Below, piece after piece: positions 32,590 through 39,218 of a DNA stretch of 39,861 nt. A program made the translations under genes and the position numbers. The DNA is taken from assembly GCA_964515885.1 (NCBI GenBank), contig CAZEZZ010000001.1, positions 1 through 39,861 on the forward strand, read 5' to 3'. The number at the start of each line of letters is the position of its first letter. Positions within the stretch are counted from its first letter, which is position 1. Under the pieces are notes generated by a model. The model had not been told where the DNA came from and did not search any database. It worked only from the letters and a program-made list of their open reading frames with translations. Source of the DNA: an uncultured Candidatus Saccharibacteria bacterium. Lineage in GTDB: Bacteria; Patescibacteriota; Minisyncoccia; Minisyncoccales; RBG-13-42-11.

Positions 32590-32800
32590 AAGCTGTAAAA
32601 AAAGACCCCACGGCTACTCAGTCTGTAGACAGTTATCAGAAAAGGGAACCTGTGAGTTTTACGAACCTAAGAACCCTGATGTTTGCCCTGTTTGTGGGAG
32701 CAAAAACTTCACAGAAAGCCAGTTAAAAACCAGAAAAGGGAAAAATGGAGAGTTTTACAGAAAGTGCTTAAGTTGTGGAAAAATAAGAACTTTATACTAG
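32579..32800 (+). CDS. zinc-ribbon miniprotein
   Basis: CKSCKK...C...CPVCGS...CLSCGK gives three CxxC pairs. AAGGGGTG SD. Confidence 0.6.
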   Translation: MDCKSCKKRPHGYSVCRQLSEKGTCEFYEPKNPDVCPVCGSKNFTESQLKTRKGKNGEFYRKCLSCGKIRTLY

Positions 32801-32811
32801 GAGGGTAAACA

Positions 32812-33036
32812 ATGAAAAACAAAAAGGCTGTGGTTTACGTTAAATTTAGGGGTGGATTAGTTGATAGCCCTTTATCCTGTAAATATCATAAATTAAAATG
32901 GACAGATGATGTTTGTAAGTGTGAGAAGGGACATATACTTTCAAGAGGCTTTAATGTTATAAAAGATTGTACTATCGGTTGCCCTGATTTTATAAATGGT
33001 ACAGTGCTTGAATATAAAACGAAGGTTTTAAAATGA
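32812..33036 (+). CDS. Cys-rich hypothetical protein
   Basis: TAGGAGGG SD. 74 aa with 6 Cys. Confidence 0.6.
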   Translation: MKNKKAVVYVKFRGGLVDSPLSCKYHKLKWTDDVCKCEKGHILSRGFNVIKDCTIGCPDFINGTVLEYKTKVLK

Positions 33037-33063
33037 AGTTAAATAATAAAATATAAATAATAT

Positions 33064-33092
33064 TTGACTTGTTTCAATAAATAGTGTATAAA
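33064..33092 (+). promoter_or_regulatory. promoter candidate (TTGACT-17-TATAAA) for the recombination/replication block
   Basis: 5/6 and 5/6 hexamers with a 17-nt spacer and an A/T-rich upstream tract, in the 75-bp gap before the nuclease gene. Confidence 0.5.
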
Positions 33093-33111
33093 TAATAAAA
33101 AAGAGGTAAAA

Positions 33112-33819
33112 ATGATTACAGAAAAGATTTTAAACTATTTCCAAAATGTAGAGAAAAAACGTGAGTGGAGCAATAACGTCTTTAGAGCTTCAAGTTCTGG
33201 TAAATGCGCCAGGGCTTTAGCTTATCAGCGACTAGAATATGAAGCTGAGCCTTTGAGTGCCAGAGCAAGAATGGTTTTTAGAATGGGTGATTTAGTAGAG
33301 CAAGATATGGTCAACGCTTGTGAAGCCGTAGAATGTCTTACGGACATGCAAAAAGAAGCTAATTTTATACTACCTAATGGTCAAGAAGTTACGGGGCATA
33401 TTGACGGGATTACAGAATTTAACGGTGAAAAAATTGTCGTTGATTTTAAATCTATTTCTATGTTCGGATTCATGCGTGCAGAAAAAGGCGAATTGGATTA
33501 TTCATACAAATGTCAAGCCACCTGTTACATGAAAGCATTAGACTTAAAGAAGTTCCTATTCTTATTCTATAACAAGAACACAAGCCATGTTACAGAGATA
33601 CTATACCAATGGGATGAAAAGATATTAAACGAAGTTGTGGACAGATTTACACGAGTGGGGCAAGCTACTAAAGAAAATCTACCAAACAAGGATTATGGAC
33701 CAAACGCAAAAGGAGATTTGCCGTACCAATGTTCTTACTGTGCTTATGCTAATGTATGTCAAACAGACTATGAGCTTATATTTGAGAAGGGCAAGCCTAA
33801 ACTAAGGAGGAGAAAGTAA
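33112..33819 (+). CDS. Cas4/RecB-like PD-(D/E)XK exonuclease with Fe-S cluster cysteines
   Basis: One N-terminal Cys (SSSGKCARALAY), GHIDGI, VVDFKS (D-x-K) and QATCY (Q-x3-Y), plus a C-terminal C-x2-C-x5-C (CSYCAYANVC). This is the Cas4-type pattern. Confidence 0.8.
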   Translation: MITEKILNYFQNVEKKREWSNNVFRASSSGKCARALAYQRLEYEAEPLSARARMVFRMGDLVEQDMVNACEAVECLTDMQKEANFILPNGQEVTGHIDGITEFNGEKIVVDFKSISMFGFMRAEKGELDYSYKCQATCYMKALDLKKFLFLFYNKNTSHVTEILYQWDEKILNEVVDRFTRVGQATKENLPNKDYGPNAKGDLPYQCSYCAYANVCQTDYELIFEKGKPKLRRRK

Positions 33820-34130
33820 TGCAATTACTAATTGAACAGTTAGACAAGAGAGAATTTGACGGAAAATTTGGGAAGTATTGGAAGGTTGGTATCTATGCCA
33901 ATGGTAAGTGGTACGGTACACCAGAAAAGGACTGGAATAGGGGTTGGGAAGTAGGTAATACCATTGACGTAGAAGTTGAGCAGGTTACGGGCAAAAATGG
34001 TAAAACATACAATAATATTCTACCACCTGGGAAGTCAAGCGGTGGTTCGGGTCAGGATAGTTTATTATTGGAACGTATTGCCACCATATTGGAACGAATT
34101 GAGTTAATCCTTAGTAAGAGAGGTTCTTAA
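33819..34130 (+). CDS. hypothetical protein (possible small OB-fold/ssDNA-binding partner of the nuclease; guess)
   Basis: AGGAGGAG SD. The ATG shares one base with the nuclease stop codon (TAATG). 103 aa, with a G/S-rich linker and a helical tail. Confidence 0.5.
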   Translation: MQLLIEQLDKREFDGKFGKYWKVGIYANGKWYGTPEKDWNRGWEVGNTIDVEVEQVTGKNGKTYNNILPPGKSSGGSGQDSLLLERIATILERIELILSKRGS

Positions 34131-34304
34131 ATGAAAGTTGAAGGAAACGGCAATTCTGTGCAAACTGAGGGATTTTGCAAGTATTGTAAAAAATGGTGTA
34201 CTTTAGTGTTTTCTACAAATTATGATGATGTTAAGATTTGTGAGGATTGTCAGCAGATGGAAATTAACCAGTACGAAGAAACTTTAGAAAGAGGAGGCAA
34301 ATAA
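34131..34304 (+). CDS. 57-aa zinc-ribbon miniprotein
   Basis: Below the ORF-track cutoff. The ATG follows the upstream TAA directly. MKVEGNGNSVQTEGFCKYCKK...CEDCQQ. Confidence 0.45.
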   Translation: MKVEGNGNSVQTEGFCKYCKKWCTLVFSTNYDDVKICEDCQQMEINQYEETLERGGK

Positions 34305-34468
34305 TGTATATAGCAACAATAAATGCAGATGAAAAATTAGTGATTAAGTTTAAAAAGTATCTGAAAAAGAATGGGAAAGTGTTTAGCTTTGAACTAAAGA
34401 GAGTTTTAGATGAAGCCATAAAACTTGAAATTGATAGGTACGAAGAAGGAGAAAGCGAAAAGAAATAG
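34304..34468 (+). CDS. 54-aa protein (ribbon-helix-helix-like guess)
   Basis: Below the ORF-track cutoff. GAGGAGG SD and TAATG overlap. MYIATINADEKLVIKFKKYLKKNGKVFSFELKRVLDEAIK... Confidence 0.4.
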   Translation: MYIATINADEKLVIKFKKYLKKNGKVFSFELKRVLDEAIKLEIDRYEEGESEKK

Positions 34469-34469
34469 A

Positions 34470-34497
34470 TTGACAGATTGTATTTTTGTAGTAAGGT
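34470..34497 (+). promoter_or_regulatory. promoter candidate (TTGACA-16-TAAGGT)
   Basis: Perfect -35, weak -10 (3/6). Upstream of the uORF/hairpin leader of the replication gene. Confidence 0.3.
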
Positions 34498-34526
34498 TTA
34501 ATTATTGGCAAAGGGGAGATTAAAAT

Positions 34527-34640
34527 ATGTTTTATTTAGGTTATATCGGCGGTGGGAATTCAACTCTCCGTGCCAAACATCGCCGTATAATAGCAGGGTT
34601 GGGGTTATGTCCCAGCCCTGTTTATATTTGGAGGGCTTAA
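34527..34640 (+). CDS. 37-codon upstream ORF / leader peptide candidate
   Basis: GGGGAG sits 8 nt upstream of the ATG. MFYLGYIGGGNSTLRAKHRRIIAGLGLCPSPVYIWRA. Its TAA overlaps the ATG of the replication gene (TAATG), and it reads through two GC-rich hairpins. Confidence 0.3.
   Translation: MFYLGYIGGGNSTLRAKHRRIIAGLGLCPSPVYIWRA
34594..34629 (+). terminator. terminator/attenuator-like hairpin
   Basis: CAGGGTTGGG-(7 nt)-CCCAGCCCTG forms a 10-bp stem with one G-U pair, followed by TTTATATTT, then GGAGGG and ATG 34640. Confidence 0.45.
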
Positions 34641-35299
34641 TGAAAAGGGATAGTTTTATTTTCTATAGAAGTTTTTATGAAGCGATAGTTTTAATGCCCC
34701 CAGAAGAGCAGGTAAAGGTCTATCACGCAATAGCAACATACTGTTTAAACCATAAAGAGACCGAGCTCGATGGCATGGCAAAGATGGTTTTTACTCTTGT
34801 TAAACCTCAACTAGATGCGAACTACAAGAGATTTGAGAACGGTTGTAAAGGTGGTAAGCCTAAGCAGGTTGTAACCAAACCCGAACCAAAAGCTAACCAA
34901 ACCGTAACCAAAAGCAAAGCTAATCTTAATCTTAATGTAAATGTAAATGAATATAAAGAGAATACATTGTCTGGTAAATTGAACCAGACGGCTACTGCAA
35001 GGCAAGTAATTGACCATTTAAACAAAACTGCGAACAGGGCTTACAGACATTCAAAGACATCCCTTGAACCAATCGTAGCAAGATTAAAGGATATGGCTTT
35101 AGACCCATGTGGCTTGGACAAGTACCCAGATATTAACCCTTACCAGTGGTGTGAATTTGTAATTAACCGTAAGGTTGCCAAGTGGGGTAAAGACCCAAAA
35201 ATGAGTGAGTTCTTGCGTCCTGAGACATTATTTAGACGTTCTAACTTTGAGAGTTACCTTGGCGAAGTATTAACAAGTATTAAGAAATCGGAGGAATAG
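34640..35299 (+). CDS. phage replication protein (replisome-organiser type; conserved phage C-terminal domain)
   Basis: The N-terminus DSFIFYRSFYEAI...EEQVKVYHAIATYCLN is DUF6291-like. The C-terminus VIDHLNKTANRAYRHS...IVARLKD...VINRKVAKWGKDPKMSEFLRPETLFRRSNFESYL is typical of the Phg_2220_C/TIGR02220 domain. ATG 34640 follows GGAGGG. Confidence 0.7.
   Translation: MKRDSFIFYRSFYEAIVLMPPEEQVKVYHAIATYCLNHKETELDGMAKMVFTLVKPQLDANYKRFENGCKGGKPKQVVTKPEPKANQTVTKSKANLNLNVNVNEYKENTLSGKLNQTATARQVIDHLNKTANRAYRHSKTSLEPIVARLKDMALDPCGLDKYPDINPYQWCEFVINRKVAKWGKDPKMSEFLRPETLFRRSNFESYLGEVLTSIKKSEE
34871..34914. repeat. four AACCAAA motifs at exact 11-bp phasing (22-nt unit x2)
   Basis: gTAACCAAAcc cgAACCAAAag cTAACCAAAcc gTAACCAAAag, inside the linker region of the replication gene. 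Confidence 0.8.
34922..34951. repeat. AT-rich hexamer tract (AATCTT x2, AATGTA x2, AATGAA)
   Basis: Five tandem 6-nt units directly 3' of the phased AACCAAA motifs. It encodes NLNLNVNVNE. Confidence 0.8.
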
Positions 35300-35300
35300 T

Positions 35301-35948
35301 ATGCCAAGTCCATACCCAAATAACCCACACAAAATACTAGAGGGGTATCCTATTACAAAACCTTTTCAAAGTATTACTGAAGTTAATGATTATTTCAATA
35401 ACGATAGAATAGTTTGTTTATTATGTGGAAAACAATATAAAAGTATCACTGCTGGGCATTTAATGATGGTTCATAATATAACAGTAGATGAATATAAAGA
35501 AATGTATGCTATTCCTAATGGACGAGGACTGTCTTGTATAACTACAAAAGAAAAACACTCAAACCACGCTTGGAAAATGGTAGATAAAGGCAAGTTTGTC
35601 TTAAATAAAAAGGGTTGTGATATGTCTGAGTTCTCATCTAAACCAAAACGCAAATGCCCTCAAAAAAGTAGTGTTGCTAGAAATAATCTAAATGAACATA
35701 TGAAACCTAAAAGGGATTTAGTAAGACTCAATGGCAAACTTGTTACATTTACAGAGTCAAGAAAAATAAAAAGATTAAAAAAAGGAACACCAGAATATCA
35801 AGAAATGCTGTTAGCAAGACCACAATGCCAGCCAGATATAGTCAGAAGAAATATGGGGTCTTACTGGAAGGGAAGGAAAAGGTCTGAAGAAACAACACGA
35901 AAAAGGCTAGAAACTTTAAAAAAAATTAAAGCAAGCAAGGAGGAATAA
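35301..35948 (+). CDS. Ros/MucR-like zinc-finger DNA-binding protein with a basic C-terminal extension
   Basis: IVCLLCGKQYKSITAGHLMMVHNITVDEYKEMYAIPNGRGL parallels the Ros/MucR C-x2-C-x9-H-x4-H finger followed by (T/S)..EYR.K(W/Y).(L/I)P. CGGAGGA SD. Confidence 0.65.
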   Translation: MPSPYPNNPHKILEGYPITKPFQSITEVNDYFNNDRIVCLLCGKQYKSITAGHLMMVHNITVDEYKEMYAIPNGRGLSCITTKEKHSNHAWKMVDKGKFVLNKKGCDMSEFSSKPKRKCPQKSSVARNNLNEHMKPKRDLVRLNGKLVTFTESRKIKRLKKGTPEYQEMLLARPQCQPDIVRRNMGSYWKGRKRSEETTRKRLETLKKIKASKEE

Positions 35949-36242
35949 ATGATACTAGCACTAGATGGTAAAAATATAGGAGCAATAGAAGGTAATGTGT
36001 TTTACAAAAGAGTCAACTCTAAAAAACACAAGATGAGATTACTAAATGCTTATGGGATAGATAGCGAAGCATTTAATAACATTATCTCCGCAAGGTGTGA
36101 TACGATTAAGCTAACAGAAACAGATACTAAGGCTACTTATACTGTACCAGTCCAGACATTTGAAGAGAAGTCAGTATATAAGCACTTTAAACCACACAGG
36201 GCACAACGATTTTTAGAACTGAAATACTGGAGTAAATTATGA
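35949..36242 (+). CDS. hypothetical early protein
   Basis: AAGGAGGA SD; 97 aa. Confidence 0.6.
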   Translation: MILALDGKNIGAIEGNVFYKRVNSKKHKMRLLNAYGIDSEAFNNIISARCDTIKLTETDTKATYTVPVQTFEEKSVYKHFKPHRAQRFLELKYWSKL

Positions 36243-36649
36243 CAAATACTAAAAAAATATGTGCTACATGTGGTGAGTATTATTCTGGTAAGTACTGTTC
36301 TTGTCAGAAGAAAACTACATCAACTGGTTGGGAAAAACTACCCTGCGATATATGCAAAGACCCAGCATTTAATGTGCTGGGTGCAATAAAGGGTGATGGT
36401 GGCTACTACCATGGTGGGAAGGTTCTCTGCTCTTCTTGTTATAGCTCAGAGTATGAAAAGGCTTACGAATTTAGAGCAACACCTGAACAGACTGCTAGGT
36501 TTTTAATCCTGAGTGGTAGTGAGTCTGTAGTGTGGGATAAAGCTTCAGATGGAATGAAACAATACGCAATCAATTACGCTAAGACTAATGGTATTCCAGA
36601 TAAAGATAAATCTGATTATGGTCTGAGTAAGATATGTCAACTGATTTAA
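36239..36649 (+). CDS. Cys-rich hypothetical protein
   Basis: ATGA overlap. CATCGE..YCSC...CDIC...CSSC zinc-ribbon pairs in the N-terminal half. 136 aa. Confidence 0.6.
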   Translation: MTNTKKICATCGEYYSGKYCSCQKKTTSTGWEKLPCDICKDPAFNVLGAIKGDGGYYHGGKVLCSSCYSSEYEKAYEFRATPEQTARFLILSGSESVVWDKASDGMKQYAINYAKTNGIPDKDKSDYGLSKICQLI

Positions 36650-36759
36650 AAAGACGGGGTATTATTTGTGTGCGTTGTGGTAGAAAACTAGATAATCCAA
36701 CAGGTCGCCCAACGTACTGTGAGTTTTGTTTACAAGAGAAAAAAAGGAGGGGAAGATGA
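36634..36759 (+). CDS. 41-aa zinc-ribbon miniprotein
   Basis: Below the ORF-track cutoff. MSTDLKRRGIICVRCGRKLDNPTGRPTYCEFCLQEKKRRGR. Its TGA overlaps ATG 36756. Confidence 0.4.
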   Translation: MSTDLKRRGIICVRCGRKLDNPTGRPTYCEFCLQEKKRRGR

Positions 36760-36983
36760 AACTAAATGAATTTAGGAAAAAGTATCCTAATCACATTAAC
36801 ATCGTGGAGACTTCTAAATTGACAGGCGTACATCATGGTAAAATCAAAAAACTCATAAAACTACACCTCATAAATCCAATCGTACTAGACAGGATTAGAC
36901 TTAACTATTACTTGCTATCTCCAGATGATGTCGAGGTTGTTAAGTCTTTAAAGGATAAACTTGTACGCATGGAGGGACTATAA
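36756..36983 (+). CDS. small putative HTH DNA-binding protein
   Basis: ATG 36756 follows AGGAGGGGAAG; the track start at 36726 is TTG. ...IVETSKLTGVHHGKIKKLIK... is HTH-like. 75 aa. Confidence 0.45.
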   Translation: MKLNEFRKKYPNHINIVETSKLTGVHHGKIKKLIKLHLINPIVLDRIRLNYYLLSPDDVEVVKSLKDKLVRMEGL

Positions 36984-37144
36984 TGGATAGAACTATAGTA
37001 ACGATGGGAGCATTGATACTTGTTCTTATACTCTTGGTTTTTGGTACAGGACTAGAAAAGGAAGAACTAAGTAAGGAACTGAAGGCATACAAAACGATGG
37101 TTAAGAGAAGTTGTAACTGTCACCCTTATAGGAGTACAAAATGA
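36983..37144 (+). CDS. 53-aa single-TM membrane peptide
   Basis: Below the ORF-track cutoff. GGAGGGA SD, TAATG and ATGA overlaps. MDRTIVTMGALILVLILLVFGTGLEKEE... Confidence 0.45.
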   Translation: MDRTIVTMGALILVLILLVFGTGLEKEELSKELKAYKTMVKRSCNCHPYRSTK

Positions 37145-37965
37145 AAAAATACAAAGTATTAAACAAAGACAAGACTAGCCCATTTAAAAACTTCAAGTAT
37201 ATGTTAGGTAAAGAACACCATGTTCCAGAGATTGATATGTGTAAAGACAATGACTGTTCTTACGGACTGTATGCCACCGATTTAGAGGGCATATTGTATT
37301 CCAACCTATCCGATGGTAAGCAAGTTTACGAGTGTGAGGTGAGGGGTAAAGAGGTTGTTATAGACCAGTTTAAACAGAGATTTGAATACTTAAAATTGAT
37401 TAGAAAAGTCCCACTAAAAGAACTAGAACCAATGCTTAAAAAAGAAAGCAAGAAGCTGGGTTATGATTTATATAGAGCATTGATACCAGTTAATCCCTTA
37501 GCTTCCAAGCCGAATAAGCCTACTAAAAAAGATATAGCAAACCTTAAAAAATGGTACTCTGTGAGGGAATCTGTGAGGGAATCTGTGGGGGAATCTGTGA
37601 GGGAATCTGTGGGGGACTCTGTGGGGTACTCTGTGGGGGAATCTGTGTGGGACTCTGTGGGGGAATCTGTGTGGGACTCTGTGTGGAACTCTGTGTGGAA
37701 CTCTGTGAGGTACTCTGTGAGGTACTCTGTGAGGGACTCTGTGTGGGACTCTGTGGGGGCGTATGTTTCCAGCCTGTTTCCTAACATTAAGGACTGGAAG
37801 TATATAGACCACAAGAAAGGCATAAACCCTTTTCAGTCATGTATAGATTTATGGCACAGAGGCTTTGTACCAAGTTTTGACGGTGAGATTTGGAGGTTAC
37901 ATTCTGGTAAGAAAGCAGAGATAGTATTTGAAATACACAAAGACAAATTAAGGGAGGTAAAATGA
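37141..37965 (+). CDS. tetrapeptide-repeat (x-S-V-x, 17 copies) protein with unique N- and C-terminal domains
   Basis: 274 aa. The repeats lie in frame between aa 139 and 206. The N-terminal domain (KVLNKDKTSPF.NFKY..GKEH...C..GLYAT...YECEVRG) resembles DUF7666-type phage proteins from memory (unverified). Confidence 0.75.
   Translation: MKKYKVLNKDKTSPFKNFKYMLGKEHHVPEIDMCKDNDCSYGLYATDLEGILYSNLSDGKQVYECEVRGKEVVIDQFKQRFEYLKLIRKVPLKELEPMLKKESKKLGYDLYRALIPVNPLASKPNKPTKKDIANLKKWYSVRESVRESVGESVRESVGDSVGYSVGESVWDSVGESVWDSVWNSVWNSVRYSVRYSVRDSVWDSVGAYVSSLFPNIKDWKYIDHKKGINPFQSCIDLWHRGFVPSFDGEIWRLHSGKKAEIVFEIHKDKLREVK
37555..37758 (+). repeat. 17 tandem 12-nt units NNN-TCT-GTG-NGG
   Basis: Read directly from the sequence. 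TCT GTG is invariant in all units. Variation is limited to codon 1 (GAA/GAC/TAC/AAC) and the first base of codon 4 (A/G/T-GG). Confidence 0.95.
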
Positions 37966-38141
37966 AGTTAGAAAATATGGATATTGATTTAGGGAAAGGC
38001 TACATACAGGACATAACTCTATGTGCACAAGAACTGTTTATGTTTTATAAATCAGGTAATTTAAAGGCTACACAAGAATATATGTTCTATATTAAAGAGG
38101 CTATGGATAAGTTAAATAAGTTAATAGGAGGCGAGAAATGA
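37962..38141 (+). CDS. 59-aa hypothetical protein
   Basis: Below the ORF-track cutoff. GGGAGG SD and ATGA overlaps at both ends. MKLENMDIDLGKGYIQDITLCAQELFMFYKSGNLKATQEYMFYIKEAMDKLNKLIGGEK. Confidence 0.45.
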   Translation: MKLENMDIDLGKGYIQDITLCAQELFMFYKSGNLKATQEYMFYIKEAMDKLNKLIGGEK

Positions 38142-38476
38142 AAAAGTTAAAAGCTAAGGTAATGGAGATGATGGAGAACGCAAAGGACGATAACAATGAC
38201 CACAAGGCTGGTTATTACGAGGCTATCCTGGAACACGTTGTAACAGAGCTAGGCTACCTGACAGACAAGACAGATACAAGAATTGAAGAACTTGAGGGGT
38301 GTCTGGAGGACTTTGTAGAGGACGACAAGGGTGTCCAGACTGTCCTGCTTGCTGGTGATAACTATGACCGTTGCGATAGATGCAGGGGGGTTTATTACAA
38401 GGAACAGTTAAGGGGTAAGAAGTTTGTAGATGGTGATGATTATGAAGTCAGGCTTTATTGTGAGCACTGCGAATAA
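38138..38476 (+). CDS. acidic hypothetical protein with a C-terminal CxxC...CxxC
   Basis: AGGAGGCGAGAA SD. 112 aa, D/E-rich. CDRCRG...CEHCE. Confidence 0.6.
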   Translation: MKKLKAKVMEMMENAKDDNNDHKAGYYEAILEHVVTELGYLTDKTDTRIEELEGCLEDFVEDDKGVQTVLLAGDNYDRCDRCRGVYYKEQLRGKKFVDGDDYEVRLYCEHCE

Positions 38477-38486
38477 AGGAGGTATT

Positions 38487-39218
38487 ATGATATTAGATAA
38501 AAATTACAAAGGGCTAGAATTTAAAGACGGTTGTTATTACTATGACGGCAACATTGAAACAACAGAAAATTTAGAGATTAAGCTAGATGATTGGTTAGAA
38601 GTAACAGGGTCTATCAAGTCTGGTGGGTCTATCGAGGCTGGTGAGTCTATCAAGGCTGGTTGGTATATCGAGGCTGGTGAGTATATCATAGCTGGTGGGT
38701 CTATCGAGGCTGGTGGGTCTATCATAGCTGGTGGGTCTATCGAGGCTGGTTGGTATATCGAGGCTGGTGAGTCTATCAAGGCTGGTTGGTATATCAAGGC
38801 TGGTTGGTATATCGAGGCTGGTGAGTATATCGAGGCTGGTGAGTATATCAAGGCTGGTGGATATATCAAGGCTGGTGGGTCTATCGAGGCTGGTGGGTCT
38901 ATCATAGCTGGTTGGTATATCGAGGCTGGTGGGTCTATCATAGCTGGTGGGTCTTATGGAATATCAGCAGCTCTATACATAACAGCCAAAGATACTATAT
39001 CTTGTGGTCTTAAAATCTTTGCAGGTATCTGTACTTGGAGAAATACAGAAGACAGTGACAAGACTATTACCTGTTCAAAGCTATTAAGCGGAACTGTTGA
39101 GTATGGATTATTAAAGGAAACAGGAGAAGCTAAAAAGAAGATAACAATAGATGGCAAAGAAATAGAAATAAGTCTTGAGAGTTTTGAAGCTTTGAAAAGA
39201 AGTTTGAAGGAGGAGTGA
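38487..39218 (+). CDS. hexapeptide-repeat protein (19 x [G/E/W][S/Y]I[E/K/I]AG), beta-helix candidate
   Basis: ATG 38487 follows AAAGGAGG; the track start at 38430 overlaps the upstream gene. A regular I-x-A-G-x-x period resembles left-handed beta-helix or bactofilin-like repeats. Confidence 0.75.
   Translation: MILDKNYKGLEFKDGCYYYDGNIETTENLEIKLDDWLEVTGSIKSGGSIEAGESIKAGWYIEAGEYIIAGGSIEAGGSIIAGGSIEAGWYIEAGESIKAGWYIKAGWYIEAGEYIEAGEYIKAGGYIKAGGSIEAGGSIIAGWYIEAGGSIIAGGSYGISAALYITAKDTISCGLKIFAGICTWRNTEDSDKTITCSKLLSGTVEYGLLKETGEAKKKITIDGKEIEISLESFEALKRSLKEE
38607..38948 (+). repeat. 19 tandem 18-nt units NNN-T(C/A)T-ATC-NNN-GCT-GGT
   Basis: Read directly from the sequence. ATC, GCT and GGT are invariant in 18 of 19 units (unit 1 has TCT in place of GCT). 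Codon 1 is GGG/GAG/TGG/GGA, codon 2 TCT/TAT, codon 4 GAG/AAG/ATA. Confidence 0.95.

Noticed and set aside
34505-34639. TTG-initiated N-terminal extension of the replication gene (track ORF 34505-35299)
   Set aside because: The conserved N-terminal domain begins at MKRDSFIFYRSFY, whose ATG (34640) has a GGAGGG SD. The extension crosses the GC-rich hairpins and has no SD.
37461-37823. Track ORFs on both strands across the 12-nt array (37461-37823 -, 37498-37812 -, 37551-37784 +), including an HRVP-repeat and a GICE-repeat translation
   Set aside because: They exist only because the repeat unit has no stop codon in those frames. They have no SD or start context, and the sense frame is embedded in a coupled 274-aa gene with unique flanking domains.
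38540-38941. 133-aa antisense ORF (PASIY/PALID repeats) across the 18-nt array
   Set aside because: Same artefact: the repeat is stop-free on the antisense strand. The sense frame has a strong SD and coherent flanking domains.
37555-38948. Could the two regular short-period arrays be CRISPR arrays?
   Set aside because: The units are 12 and 18 nt with no unique spacers. They are contiguous, in frame, and lie inside ORFs. No cas genes are present, except for a Cas4-like nuclease of the phage-recombination type about 4 kb away.
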